A program made the position numbers and the translations under genes. Of a DNA stretch of 64,000 nt, positions 10,078 through 22,850 are shown piece after piece. Under the pieces are notes generated by a model. It did no database searches, had not been told where the DNA came from, and saw only the letters and a program-made list of their open reading frames with translations. Every line of letters begins with the position of its first letter. The stretch's first letter is position 1. This DNA is from Flaccisagitta enflata. Its lineage: Eukaryota. The stretch lies in NCBI GenBank assembly GCA_965153355.1, contig OZ231126.1:7564001-7628000 (forward strand), given 5' to 3'.

Positions 10078-11358
10078 ACAGGTTGCCCAAGGGCAATATG
10101 TGGTCAGCGATACCCGTTGCCCTGCTTTGCATGATTTTGAAATGGTGTGAGAGGAAGCAGGGCAGCGCTCCGAAGGGGACGGATCCTGCAGAACACAGGG
10201 GGACTGCTCGTCCGTCTGTCCATCCGTCTCCCCATAGCTTCTCAGGTGCTGAGGCCCAGCCTCTCAGGCTCCGAAATCTACCAAATTTGAAATCCTCCCT
10301 CGCAGGCTTTGAATCTGAGAGGGCAGATTTCAGGCCTGAGAGGGCAGATTTCAGGTCTGAAAGGGGAGATCTAAGGCCGGAGAGGGCAGATTTCAGGCCT
10401 GGGATGGCAGATTTCAGACCTGAGAGGGAAGATTTCAGGCCTGAGAGGGCAGATTTCAGGCCTGAGAGGGCAGATTTAGGGCTTGAGAGGGCAGATTCAA
10501 GGCCTGAGATGGCAGATTTCAGGCCTGAGAGGGCAGATTTCAGGCCTGAGAGGACTGATTCAAGGCCTGAGAGGGTGGATTTTAGGTCTGAGAGGGCCAA
10601 GGGGAGGGACAAATGGACGGATGGACGGAAGGACGAACAAAAGTCCCCCTGTGATCTACAGTAGGGTGGTCCCGAATTGGGTCAAATTTCATATATTGAT
10701 ATACTTGAGCCCTTTTCACAAATATCCAATAAAAGAAGGATTTCTCACAAGCTGGGGTGTGAAATCAAACAAGAAACCTTGTCGGCAAAATTACAGGGTT
10801 GCTATGGGGATTTTTTTATTGCCATAGGAAGCCTATAATTTTGCCGCCATGGTTTAATCTTCAAATACAGATCTCTACTTGTGGGAAAACCTTCTTTTTT
10901 GGTACCTTTAGGCAAAAAACTAGAGTATATCATTTTTTGAAATTTGACCCTATTTCGTGACCACCCTAATCTACAGGACTTCGTCCCCTTCGGGGCCGCT
11001 GCCCAAAAAGTATAGCTATCAAAGGAAGGCTTTTTACGACTTGCTCATCGAGATGATAGGCCTTTAATCTGCCCTCTCAGACCTGGAATCTGCCCTCTCA
11101 AACTTTTAATCTTATCTCACAGATTCAAGGCCTGAGAGGGCAGATTTCAAGTTTGAGAGGGTAAATTTCAGGCCTGAGAGGGCAGATTTCAGGCCTTAGG
11201 GGAACGAACAGACAGATGGAATGACAAACAAAAGTCCCCCTTTGTTCTACATTCCGATTTGGGGATGCTGCCCTGCTTCCTCTTACTCCAACTCATAATC
11301 ATGCAAAGCAGGGCAACGGGTATCGCTGAACACATATTGCCCTTGGGCGACCTGTTCC
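10078..11358. mobile_element. Non-autonomous TIR element with internal 21-bp tandem repeat (GAGAGGGCAGATTTCAGGCCT)
   Basis: ~60-bp near-perfect inverted ends (AACAGGTTGCCCAAGGGCAATATGTG... / ...CACATATTGCCCTTGGGCGACCTGTT); 21-mer array at ~10310-10600. Confidence 0.75.
10662..10968. mobile_element. hAT-type MITE nested in the preceding element
   Basis: TIRs TAGGGTGGTC...GACCACCCTA; perfect 8-bp TSD ATCTACAG (10654-10661 and 10969-10976). Confidence 0.88.
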
Positions 11359-11522
11359 CATTTCTATTACACATTACTTTGGCCCTAACAGCTACATCAC
11401 TTGCCCCGGAGACTAAGAATTGAACTTCAAGCTGTATCTCAACTAACTCATAAAAGAGCAATGACCCGCTTCTCTAAATTGGAATTTCATAACCTTCAGT
11501 CAAGTGTTAAGTAGCGAGTTAT

Positions 11523-11733
11523 TTTTAGTCGCGTGCTACACGACTCTACACCCCGCTATGTCGGTCGGTCGGTCGGTCGGTCGGTTGGTCGGTTGGTCGG
11601 TACCCTTTTTACTTTTTCGGCGTTTTTTGAGCTTTTTGAGCATACGGCTCCTGCCCAGATGCCCTAGTGACCTTCTCCAGCACTGCTCCTGCCCACCCGC
11701 ACGCGACTAGGGTAGCCGTGTATCCGGCCTTGT
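11523..11733 (+). mobile_element. Short HINE/DINE-1-like non-autonomous element (high-copy family)
   Basis: TTTTAGTCGCG...CGACT start, (GTCG)n microsatellite, end GCCGTGTATCCGGCCTTGTT; related copies near 12611-12812, 30681-30872, 38640-39000, 40138-40340, 43670-43990, 55090-55253 and 59800-60150. Confidence 0.65.
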
Positions 11734-12161
11734 TGCCTTTATTGTCGGTCGGCTTTAAGGAAATAATTCCATTGCCATATCAGTCATCGTCCACCAGTTA
11801 TCCTCCCAACTCATTTGAGATCTTGAGTGCTGTTAGTAACAGCACTCAAGATCTTAAATCATGTACCAAATGAGAATATTCAAGGTCAAGCTATTAAGTT
11901 ATGCCATTCCAGTGACATTCTCCCCATCACCAATCGTCCTGAGGCACTATGAGTATGACAAGCAGTTTGCAATCAATCAACCAATCAAAGCAGATGAACA
12001 ATATCAATCAATCAAACACATGACAATGACCTGAGGTGCCTCTATTCGATCAATAAATTAATAGTATCAATAGTAACCTGAGGCGCAGTTTCAGCCTCCA
12101 TTCAACCTATCAATCAATCAATCAATCAAACAATCAATCAATGAATCAATCACATAATAAC

Positions 12162-12268
12162 CTGAGGCGCAGTGATGGCTTTGGGATTCATCCTCATTTC
12201 TCGATGGGGTTCTCCGCAGTCTGTCATTGCTTTCATTAACACGTGAATGCAAGAAGTCTTTCCAGTCC
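12162..12268 (-). CDS. DNAH5: Axonemal dynein heavy chain exon (AAA2 Walker A: (G)[35 protein letters not shown])
   Basis: AG/GT boundaries, phase consistent with the previous exon; near-identical to recalled DNAH5/8 sequence. Confidence 0.92.
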
Positions 12269-13018
12269 CTAAATAAAAAAAGACAAGCAAATAAGTAAGC
12301 AGTTATTGCTTTCATTAGCACGCGAATGCAAGTAGTCATTCCAGTCCCCGCATGAAAAAAATAGCAAGCAAATAAGCGAGCAGTCTGTTATTGCTTTCAT
12401 TAGCACGCGAATGCAAGTAGTCATTCCAGTCCCCGCATGAAAAAAATAGCAAGCAAATAAGCGAGCAGTCTGTTATTGCTTTCATTAGCACGCGAATGCA
12501 AGTAGTCATTCCAGTCCCTGCATGAAAAAAATAGCAAGCAAATAAGTGAGCAGTCTGTCATTGCTTTCATTAACACGTGAATGCAAGAAGTCTTTCCAGC
12601 CCCTGCATGAAACAAGGCCGGATTCACGGCTACCCAAGTCGCGTGCGGGTGGGCAGGGGCCATATTTGAAGCCACTCCATCATTTGGGCAGAAGCAGTGA
12701 GGCCAAAGACCGCAAAAACTCAAAAAAAGTAAAGTGTGACGGACGGACGGACGGACCGGCGGACGGACGGACCGACAAAGCAGGTTGTAGAGTCGCGTGC
12801 ACGCGACTAAAAAGAGAAAGCAAATGACCTTCATAAGTCATATAATGTACCTCAATTTGCAAGCTTTCAAAGACTCATACTCTTATACCCGCAAACCCGC
12901 AAACCCTTACTAATTAATTTAGGTACAGGGGGATTTATGGAATAACAGGAAAGTATTTTTGTCTTCAAAGTTGAAAGTATTTTTGTCTTCAAATTTAAAA
13001 GTATTTTTGTCTTCAAAT

Positions 13019-13488
13019 TTGATATTCAGAATATGACTTATTCAATTGATGTTTTTGTCCCTGAGTTTTTTGGTTGCTATGAAACCCAAAATTATTTTTT
13101 CTAAAGTTTCTGATTACTAGAATATCAATATTTTGACAAATTTTATTGGGGAACATTTCTCAGAATTAAACTTGCTACAACTTTCCCTCAGTATGGTCTG
13201 TAAGAATATTCACATCACACCTAGCAACCAATAAATGATGCTCCTTAGCAACGGCCAAACAAGCATTATTCTTACAGTCTGTAAGTTACAGAACATAATG
13301 TGGGAAAATTGTAGCAAATTTAAATCTGAGCAATGTTCCCTTATAATATTTGTCAAAGTGGTGATATTCTAGTAATCATAAATGTTCAAAGAAATAATTT
13401 TGGTTTCCATAGCAACCAAACAACTCAGGGACAAATAATCAAACAACTCAGGGACAAACAATGAAACAACTTTTATTTCAAATATCAA
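13019..13488. mobile_element. MITE with long imperfect inverted arms
   Basis: TTGATAT...GTCCCTGAGTT mirrored by AACTCAGGGAC...ATATCAAG; inner arms also complementary. Confidence 0.6.
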
Positions 13489-13591
13489 GTTTATAAAATG
13501 ATATTAAGAAACTTAAATACCTTCCTCCAGTTTAGGCTGTTATTCCACGAACCCCACTGTAAATAATTTGATGTTACCGATTTGATGTTAC

Positions 13592-13643
13592 CTGAAGGTC
13601 CCAGAGCCATCATTCCATGACGCACATTCTGCGTTTCATAAAG
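13592..13643 (-). CDS. DNAH5: Dynein heavy chain exon (LYETQNVRHGMMALGPSG)
   Basis: Canonical splice sites; matches the recalled LFETQRVRHGMMTLGPSG motif. Confidence 0.9.
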
Positions 13644-14145
13644 CTGAAACAAACAAGAAAACAATTCAGGGATGAAAAAAATCCAACATTCATATACATG
13701 TATATGAAAATTAATCATTCCTAAAAGAGTCCGCGCTAGCCGACTGATAAGCATCATTTCACGGCACTGGTGATTTACGAACTCCTCTTTAAGGTATATT
13801 TAAAAGGACAGTTACACTTCTAAGAGTCTACCAAAACACGACCAGTGGTGGTGGAATCGATAAATCTTTTTGCAAAGTACCGATGTAGGTGACAAGTAAA
13901 TTCCATGATGGGACTGAGGAATGGTGAAGTATGGGACTACTGGTGATAGACTCTTACCTGTATCACTTTAAGTATCCATGTTGGGTGACTGATAAGTCCC
14001 ATTTCATTGCAGTGGTGATCTATGCATCCAGCTAATTGATGATATTCTCACCTGTATCACTTTAAGTATCCATGATGGGTGACTGATAAGTCCCATTTCA
14101 TGGCAGTGGTGATCTATGCATCCAGCTAATTGAGGATATTCTCAC

Positions 14146-14329
14146 CTGTATCACTTTAAGTATCCATGTTGGGTGACTGATTAATCCCATTTCATGGCAA
14201 TGGTGATCTATGCATCCAGCTAATTGAGGATATTCTTTCGAGTCCAAGAAAATTCCCGGGAATAAATCGTTGATAAGTGATAAGAAAAGTGGCTCGTCCT
14301 CATCCACTAACTTAGACAAATTCATATCC
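14146..14329 (-). CDS. DNAH5: Dynein heavy chain exon ([25 protein letters not shown]...WILKVIQ)
   Basis: Canonical splice sites and phases; conserved segment preceding AAA2. Confidence 0.92.
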
Positions 14330-14448
14330 CTGCAAAGAAGTGAATGAATGAATGAATGAACGAATGAATGAATGAATCGTTGATCAGTGATATGAAAATT
14401 GGTTTAACCTTATCCACCAACTGAATGAATGATCTGTCTGTCTAAGTC

Positions 14449-15563
<1,115 letters not shown>

Positions 15564-15679
15564 TAAAAGCAGCCAAAAACCTAGAAACACGTTTGAAATA
15601 TGTTATTTTTAACGTTGATCGTGACAATAAGACTGAACTTACCCTGTTTGATAAATTGCCGATGAGCCTTTTAACTAAC

Positions 15680-15792
15680 CTTGTTTGGTAAGTTGCTCCT
15701 CGCACAATTTGTAAAGAGTGTAGAATTTTCTGGCCAGAATTACGTTGTCAATAAATCCACAGGAGGCCAACTTGACACGAATGATGATTTGT
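15680..15792 (-). CDS. DNAH5: Dynein heavy chain exon ([37 protein letters not shown])
   Basis: Read manually on the minus strand; canonical splice sites; phase joins the HYDFGLR exon. Confidence 0.92.
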
Positions 15793-15825
15793 CTGCATAG
15801 AAAGTATACAAAATTTGCACCACAA

Positions 15826-16650
15826 CGTTACCTGTGCGGCACCATGTCAGTCACCCTTCCCGCACCATTTTGTAACCTGTCAGATACCACTTTCTCGTTT
15901 TTCCGGCACCACTTCTTTACTTGTCAAGCACCCTACCACGTCTCTGACTTTTGTTACCTGTTCGGCACTATATAACTAATTTGTCCGGCCCCATATTGCA
16001 TACTTTTCCGGCACTTGGTAATCTGTTCAGCATCATTTCTCTCACTTGATATCCTGGCCGACACCACTTCACTTGTCAGGTACCATACCAGGTCTCTCAC
16101 TTTTACGGCAGCCTTTGGTAACCTGTCTGGCATCATGTCACTCAGTTGTTTGGCACCACTATGTTACCTGTTCAGTAACACTACGTCACCTGATCGGCAC
16201 CATCTCCCTTACTTTTCTGGTACCACGATGTCGCCTATCCGGCACCATTTCTTAACTTGTCAAGCACCATACCACGTCTCTGACTTTTGTTACCTGTTCG
16301 GCACTATATAACTAATTTGTCCGGCCCCATATTGCATACTTTTCCGGCACTTGGTAATCTGTTCAGCATCATTTCTCTCACTTGATATCCTGGCCGACAC
16401 CACCTGACTTGTCAGGTACCATACCATGTCTCTCACTTTTACGGCAGCCTTTGGTAACCTGTCTGGCACCATGTCACTCATTTGTTCGGCACCACTATGT
16501 TACCTGTTCAGTAACACTACGTCACCTGTTTGGCACCATATCTCTCACTTTTCCAGCATAACTTGATTACCTATCCGGCACCATATCTGTCACTTATCCG
16601 GCACCCGTCCCTCACCAGTCCGGCAGCTTTTGGTTACCTGTCCGGCACCA
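15826..16650. repeat. GGCACC-rich tandem duplication (~335-bp unit, ~2 copies)
   Basis: ~15900-16235 repeated at ~16238-16570. Confidence 0.8.
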
Positions 16651-16841
16651 TCATGGCGACTGTCCGGAAGTTGATTTTCAGATTTTCCGGCAATTCTTGA
16701 CGACCCGCGTAACCAGGATTCATCGTCAAGAAAATACCTACAACCAAGAAAAACAAGGAGTCAAGAATCTGAGATCTTGTCCTTACTTTCTTTCTCAGTT
16801 TCTTTCCTTCTCCCTTTCATTCCTTTCATTTCTTCTTTTCT

Positions 16842-16851
16842 NNNNNNNNNN
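16842..16851. other. Assembly gap (10 N)
   Basis: Run of n characters. Confidence 1.
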
Positions 16852-16853
16852 CT

Positions 16854-19241
16854 GAATTTCGAGGTCTAGAGAATATCACAACACATCCTGATGATGATGG
16901 GGATAATTTAGTTATGGCAGATTTAGCCCCTGGCGTTGTACAGGCTCATGGAGACAGTGTGAGGCAACAACAAGTTGCTGAACAGAACTTACCTTTGCCT
17001 GAACGAACTCCTAGTGCTTTACTTTCAAGATCATATCATTATGATGATGAGTGGTCTGAAAGTTTTTTTCACAAGGAAGCTGCCAAATTGAATAAGAAGC
17101 AGTTTCAATTTGTCAACTTCTTTTTACATAGATTGAAACAAGGATCAAACGGTGATCAAATCCTCTGGTTCTTATCTGGGGGGGCTGGTGTTGGAAAAAC
17201 AACTGCCGTCAATGTTCTGTACGAAGCAGCTAAAAGGTATTTTAACAGTGTTCCTGGACTTGATCATTCAGCTCTTCACATAGTAAAGTGTGCCTTTACT
17301 GGAAAGGCTAGTCATCAAGTTCGTGGTCACACCATTAACACCCTGTTTAAAATGCCATTTGGCACTCAAAAAAAGCGAGAGCAACTTACAGGAAGTAAGT
17401 TAGCAGAGTTACAAGCCAAATTGGGTGACTTAAAAGTCCTCATATGTGATGAAATCAGTATGGTGGATAATGAAATGTGGATTGATATGGATCAAAGATT
17501 ACGTAGAATTAAGGAACGGGATGATGTTCCATTTGGTGGTGTTCATGTTTTGGCTGTTGGGGATGTGTTTCAGTTACTTCCTGTTAAAGGTAGGCCAGTA
17601 TGGCAAATGCAAAGCATTGATGCTCATTCCCAAATTAACGGTCGGCCTTTGGCTTTTAATCTTTGGGAAGAAGAAATAAAGATGTTTGAACTTGATGAAA
17701 TTATGAGACAACTAGATGAAAAGCAATGGGCTCAATTTCTTAATAGACTGCGTGAGGCTCCTTTGGGCGATATTGATAAAACATACATAAGTGAGCAAAT
17801 CATACCTAGAGATAGCCCAATCATTCCAGATGCTAATTACATAACATTAACTAATGATAGATGTGATACAATCAATAACAGTTGGTTTTTATTGGCACCT
17901 CCTGAGAACAGGTTTGTCATACCAGCTGATGATAAACATGCAGCAAATGCTCCTGTATCTCCTGATACCATTGATTGCAATATCGCCTCAATTGGAAGAG
18001 GGGAAGTGCAGAATCTACCTGCTAAACTAAATTTGGCCATTGACCATGAGTATGACTTTACCAGTAACCTTGATACCAATGATGGGATAACCAATGGTAC
18101 TCCCTGCATTGCCAAAAAATACACAAAAAACTCAAGCAAGGGTGACATAGTTTGGGTCGATCCTCAAGATGCCAGGGTAGGAAGACTTTGGCGTCAAACC
18201 TACCAATTTTTGTATGACAGTTCAATTCCCAAGAATTGGTTGCCGGTTTTACGTCAGTCAATACCATGTAAGTCCAAATATTTTACAAGAAAACAGTTTC
18301 CATTACGAGCTGCCAAGGCTCGCACTGTGAACAGAACCCAAGGTGCTACTCTGACAAAGATTGTCGTAGACTTTTCAGATAGAAAAGGGCATACATCTCA
18401 TTGTCATTATGTTGCCTTTTCACGATGTCCTTCAAAATCAAATGTCTCTATTTTAGGACCTGAAGGGCTGGCAGAAACAAAGATTCGTCATGATGTCCGA
18501 TGCGTACAAGAAATGGAAAGATTACGCTTGAATAGTAAGTTGGATGTGACAATGCCTTGCTTGTTTGACATGCAAGATGAATATAATTCAGTATTATTTA
18601 TGAATTCCCAGTCAGTCATTGGGAAACTTGTTGCTCTGGAAAATGACTGGAATGTGAAAGGTTGTTGCATTTTTGGAATTGTTGATACGCGATTCCAAGA
18701 AGGTAAGGCAATGCCAATGAAAGAATTTGGTCAGCCTAGTATGCATCTTTCTAGCAATGATCGTCCATCTTTGAGTGTTGCTGTGTATTCAAAGATTTCT
18801 TTAACACAAAATCTTGGCCAAAACTTGCTTCAAAATGGTGTCATTGTGACAGCAAAATATCCAAACTTTTATAAGGAAAATGAACAATTTCGTGACATAA
18901 TTCTGTTCTTTCTTTACATCATGCCAGAAAGCTCTATTCATGTGTATAAAGAAGCAGCAAATCTGATCGCAACAGTTTTTGAAAATACAGATCCATTCAC
19001 CAAAATGGCCATTTTTGGTGATTTTAATAAAAACCCAGAAAACATGCCCAAGGAATTTACTTCAGTTATGCAGACCCTTGGTCTTAAACAACTTATCACA
19101 GGCCCAACTCATTTAAGAAAGAATACTTTAGATCATATTTATACCAACATTAACCCCAACTTTATCCAGTTTGGTGTATTAAACACACTAACAAAAAGTG
19201 ATCATTTACCCATATATTTGTCTGTGAAGAAGGAAAACTGA
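16854..19241 (+). CDS. Helentron/Helitron2-type PIF1 helicase fused to an APE-like endonuclease; 5' part (Rep domain) lost in the gap
   Basis: GGAGVGKT, DEISMV, FGGVHVLAVGDVFQLLPV, NGT, QFPL, QG.TL, YVAFSR; C-terminal GDFN, LDHIY, SDH. Frame stays open back to the gap edge. Confidence 0.88.
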   Translation, partial: EFRGLENITTHPDDDGDNLVMADLAPGVVQAHGDSVRQQQVAEQNLPLPERTPSALLSRSYHYDDEWSESFFHKEAAKLNKKQFQFVNFFLHRLKQGSNGDQILWFLSGGAGVGKTTAVNVLYEAAKRYFNSVPGLDHSALHIVKCAFTGKASHQVRGHTINTLFKMPFGTQKKREQLTGSKLAELQAKLGDLKVLICDEISMVDNEMWIDMDQRLRRIKERDDVPFGGVHVLAVGDVFQLLPVKGRPVWQMQSIDAHSQINGRPLAFNLWEEEIKMFELDEIMRQLDEKQWAQFLNRLREAPLGDIDKTYISEQIIPRDSPIIPDANYITLTNDRCDTINNSWFLLAPPENRFVIPADDKHAANAPVSPDTIDCNIASIGRGEVQNLPAKLNLAIDHEYDFTSNLDTNDGITNGTPCIAKKYTKNSSKGDIVWVDPQDARVGRLWRQTYQFLYDSSIPKNWLPVLRQSIPCKSKYFTRKQFPLRAAKARTVNRTQGATLTKIVVDFSDRKGHTSHCHYVAFSRCPSKSNVSILGPEGLAETKIRHDVRCVQEMERLRLNSKLDVTMPCLFDMQDEYNSVLFMNSQSVIGKLVALENDWNVKGCCIFGIVDTRFQEGKAMPMKEFGQPSMHLSSNDRPSLSVAVYSKISLTQNLGQNLLQNGVIVTAKYPNFYKENEQFRDIILFFLYIMPESSIHVYKEAANLIATVFENTDPFTKMAIFGDFNKNPENMPKEFTSVMQTLGLKQLITGPTHLRKNTLDHIYTNINPNFIQFGVLNTLTKSDHLPIYLSVKKEN

Positions 19242-19586
19242 ACTAATGTTTTCGCACTATCCAGGCCATTGGATAAAATCCTTGTCAACAAAAATGTTAC
19301 GTTATTCATTTCAACCCTAAATCATTTGCACTTTTCACCTTTTTTTCATGCATAAAATTTGTTTATCACCATATACCTAAGACCTGGATAGGTGAAATCA
19401 TTAGTATTCATTCAGTTTGTTTTTATGAAAAATGCAATGGCACTCATACTCTGTCCGACAGGGCTAAATTGGCGGAGGCCAATTTTTTTTTTTTTTTTTT
19501 TTTTATTTTTTTGTTTTTTTTTTTTGTTTTTTATTGTATGAGTGCTTGCTTAATCATCTTATATTTGTCTTATTTATATTATTGTT

Positions 19587-20350
19587 TGATGCTCTGTCCT
19601 TGTGACAACATCACTGGTTACCTTAATGGTCTCCAGTATCTACAAAATCCTGTTTACCTGGTTTATCCAGGAAAATTTAAATTGAAGTTATGATGCTCTG
19701 TCCTTGTGACAACATCACTGGTTACCTTAATGGTCTCCAGTATCTACAAAATCCTGTTTCCTGGTTTATCCAGGAAAATTTAAATTGAAGTTATGATGCT
19801 CTGTCCTTGTGACAACATCACTGGTTACCTTAATGGTCTCCAGTATCTTTAGGCTACTTGCCGGGATGGCCTCCGGAACATTTCTCTTTGCTCTCCCTCT
19901 CTCTCATGCTCTCTCATTGCTCTCTCCATCTTCGCCCTCCTTGCTCTTACGCTATCCTTGCTCTTACACTATCCTTGCTCTTACACTATCCTTGCTTTAC
20001 TATCCTTGCTCTTACACCATCCTTGCTCTTAGGCCATCCTTGCTCCAACGCCATCCTTGCTCTTAGGCCTTCCTTGCTCTTACCTATCCTTGCTCTTACG
20101 CCATCCTTGCTCTTACGCCATCCTTTTACGCCATCTTGCTCTTACGCTATCCTTGCTCTTACACCATCCTTGCTCTTACGCCATCCTGCTTCACGCCATC
20201 TCTGTTTTACACTATCCTTGTTCTTACGCTATCCTTGCTCTTACGCCATCCTGCTTTACGCTATCCTCGCTCTTACGCCATCCTTGCTCTTACAACATCC
20301 TTGCTCTCACGCCATCCTTGCTCTTACAACATCCTTGCTCTTTGACATCC
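19587..20350. repeat. Tandem repeats 3' of the Helentron ORF: ~104-bp unit (x2.5) and CCATCCTTGCTCTTACG 17-mer array
   Basis: Visible at 19587-19848 and ~19935-20350. Confidence 0.85.
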
Positions 20351-22022
20351 TTGCTCCTAACCCACATTTTCTTTCAAGTCATCTTTTCTCCCTTCTATCT
20401 TTGCCCACATGCTCTGTTTCATTCTTATTCCTTATCTGCTTGCGTCAACTTCCTCTTATCAACCTCAACAACTTATGGAGTTTAACAAGATGCTTGTCCT
20501 GTGGTTATATAATAGACCCCTATATTGTGGACCTTTCCTTGAGGTAAATACATAATAGCTATGGTTTTCTTTTAAAGGCCTATATATTTTTGTGTAAAAC
20601 CTTGTTTTGTAGGTTTGAGCAGATTGGTTTTATAATTTGTAATTATTTCTAAACATTCATTCTTTTATATCAGGTACCATCTCTCCTTGGTGACACCGAC
20701 CTTATCACTCCTCATAACATGCTCATAGTTCAAGTAAACATCAAAGGTTAGAAGTGCCAAATTTATCTTGCCCTTGTAGTCAATATGTTACCCTGCTAGA
20801 TTATTTCTTTGTCAGTGTAAAATATCCCCATTGAATATCCAGCAATCAACCTGCTGGCTATTGTTTATTCAAAAATTGATTATCTCAAAATGTTACTTCA
20901 TTTCATGTGAGGTCTTTTACCATGCTTCTGATGATCAACAAGTTGCTTTACTCATGGGCTGCATCTTCAAACCACCTCCATGCTTGTGGATATCACTCAT
21001 TTGTGTGGGTATTTAGTTCACTGCATATCTATATTACAAGGTAAGTCTTATACCTTCAACGTCAAAAAATTGCCTGTCATGTTATTGAATGTATTTTTTG
21101 AAAATTTACTGGTAAGTTTTTTTATTGCCACATATTTTAAACAGAATCTGCCATTAGTCAATATACGTTTGATCTATCGCAATACCGTGTCAACAATTTA
21201 AAGATTTTTCAAAAAGTAAGACATTCATGCAAAAAGTTAGTTATATTTTTTCATACATCTGTTGTCTTTTGCGCCAACGTTTATCTAAAATTCTTATTTT
21301 TCGCAAAAAATTCCGTCGCGGACCCAATTACTGTTCAGATTTTTATATCATTGATTTTGATATTGCCTACATTCTCGTCCGGAGATGGATTTTATTTGTT
21401 TGAACAACTCATTAATCACATAGAAGATCTGGTTCTTTACTTCTCATTGCTCCGCCGTTCAGGACAAGCTCAGGACCTTAATCCTTATCTGTGATATACA
21501 CTTTAAAAACACTCAAAACAACGGCCGGCGGTCCTTACGTTCTCAAAGGACTCCCAACTTGTTCGCCGACATCATGAGCAAGAAATTGGCTGTCAAACTC
21601 GCCGCCGATAAAGAGAAACATTTGAAAAAGGCCGCGATTGAAAAAGAAAACGACGAGGGTGAAGAGGATGACCCTGACCTGCGTTTGGCGTCTTCATGCT
21701 GTGCCGTTTCGCCGGCGTCTCCGTCTTTCATTTCCTGACTCATCTCCATTTCTCTTTGTCTCATCGTTTCGAGTTCCGTTCTTATCATGGGCTGGTTTTG
21801 GCCCTCGGCGTCGCGCTGGCGGCTTTTTGCTTGTTAGTCGGCGCCACGCACGCCAACGTCGCAGCTCCGCCATTTCTCACCCTCGTCGCCTTTTTCTCCC
21901 TCGAATTCGCCGCCGGGCTGTAAGTAAAGCGCTGCTGTAAAAAAACCAATGGTTCCGCTTTACACTAATGCGCGCTCTCTCTCTGACTGTGTGTGTGTCT
22001 CTTTCTTTCTCTTTCTTTTTTT

Positions 22023-22850
22023 GTCCCCGACGAACAGTTTTCGTCGGTGACTATGAGGTAGACCTGATCGTGTAGTCTGTATGTTTGTTGTTTGTTTGTT
22101 TGTTGTTTAAAACCTTCTCATATCTTTTGAACCAGACTTCAGAATTTTATGAAACTTTGCTGGTGTTGTTTATAGGTCAATAGGAGCTTGTGTACCAATT
22201 TTCAAAAAAATTCATTTTATCACCCTTTGCCTATTATTTTTGTAGTAATATTTTACTGGACTTATGTGGTTTACATAGGTAGAGGGTAGTAAATGTATGT
22301 GAATGTTTTATTTTATCTGGTATACAAGTAAAGGGTACTAAATAAACAACCCCTGCAAAATTCGAATTAAATCTGAAGTCTGGTTTTTGAGATATTAGCT
22401 TATTTATGTAGTAATATGTTACTATGACTTAGGCATTTTACATAGGCAAAAGGTAGCAAAGTTATGTGAATTTTTTTTTAATTTGGTATACAAGTAAAGG
22501 ATATTGATTGAACTGCCCCTGCAAAATTCTAATAAAATCTGAAGTCTGGTTTATAAGATATTAACTTATTTATGTAGTAGTATGTTACTAGGACTTAGGC
22601 GATTTATATAGAGGATTGGAGTTGATGAATTTTTTTACTTGCTCATTTATTTCATTCTAATTTTTCTTAAGGTTTGCGATCATGGATTTTAAGATTCATC
22701 TTCAACTACTGTCATCATCTTCAACTACTGTCATCATCTTCAACTACTGTCATCATCTTCAACTACTGTCATCATCTTCAACTACTATCATCATCTTCAA
22801 CTACTATCATCATCTTCAACTACTATCATCATCTTCAACTACTGTCATTA
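22023..22850 (+). mobile_element. HINE-like non-autonomous Helentron, long family (copy 1; 3' end not resolved)
   Basis: T-run then GTCCCCGACGAA...TTCGTCGG.GAC subterminal inverted repeat, microsatellite, ~160-bp internal repeats, 19-bp CATCTTCAACTACTGTCAT array (also 23637-23938). Confidence 0.7.

Noticed and set aside
10058-10664. Heptad-repeat ORFs (ERADFRP / LSGLKSA)
   Set aside because: Translation of a 21-bp minisatellite within a TIR element.
16914-19241. Host PIF1 helicase gene
   Set aside because: Intronless, fused to an APE-like domain and flanked by minisatellites, which fits a Helentron.
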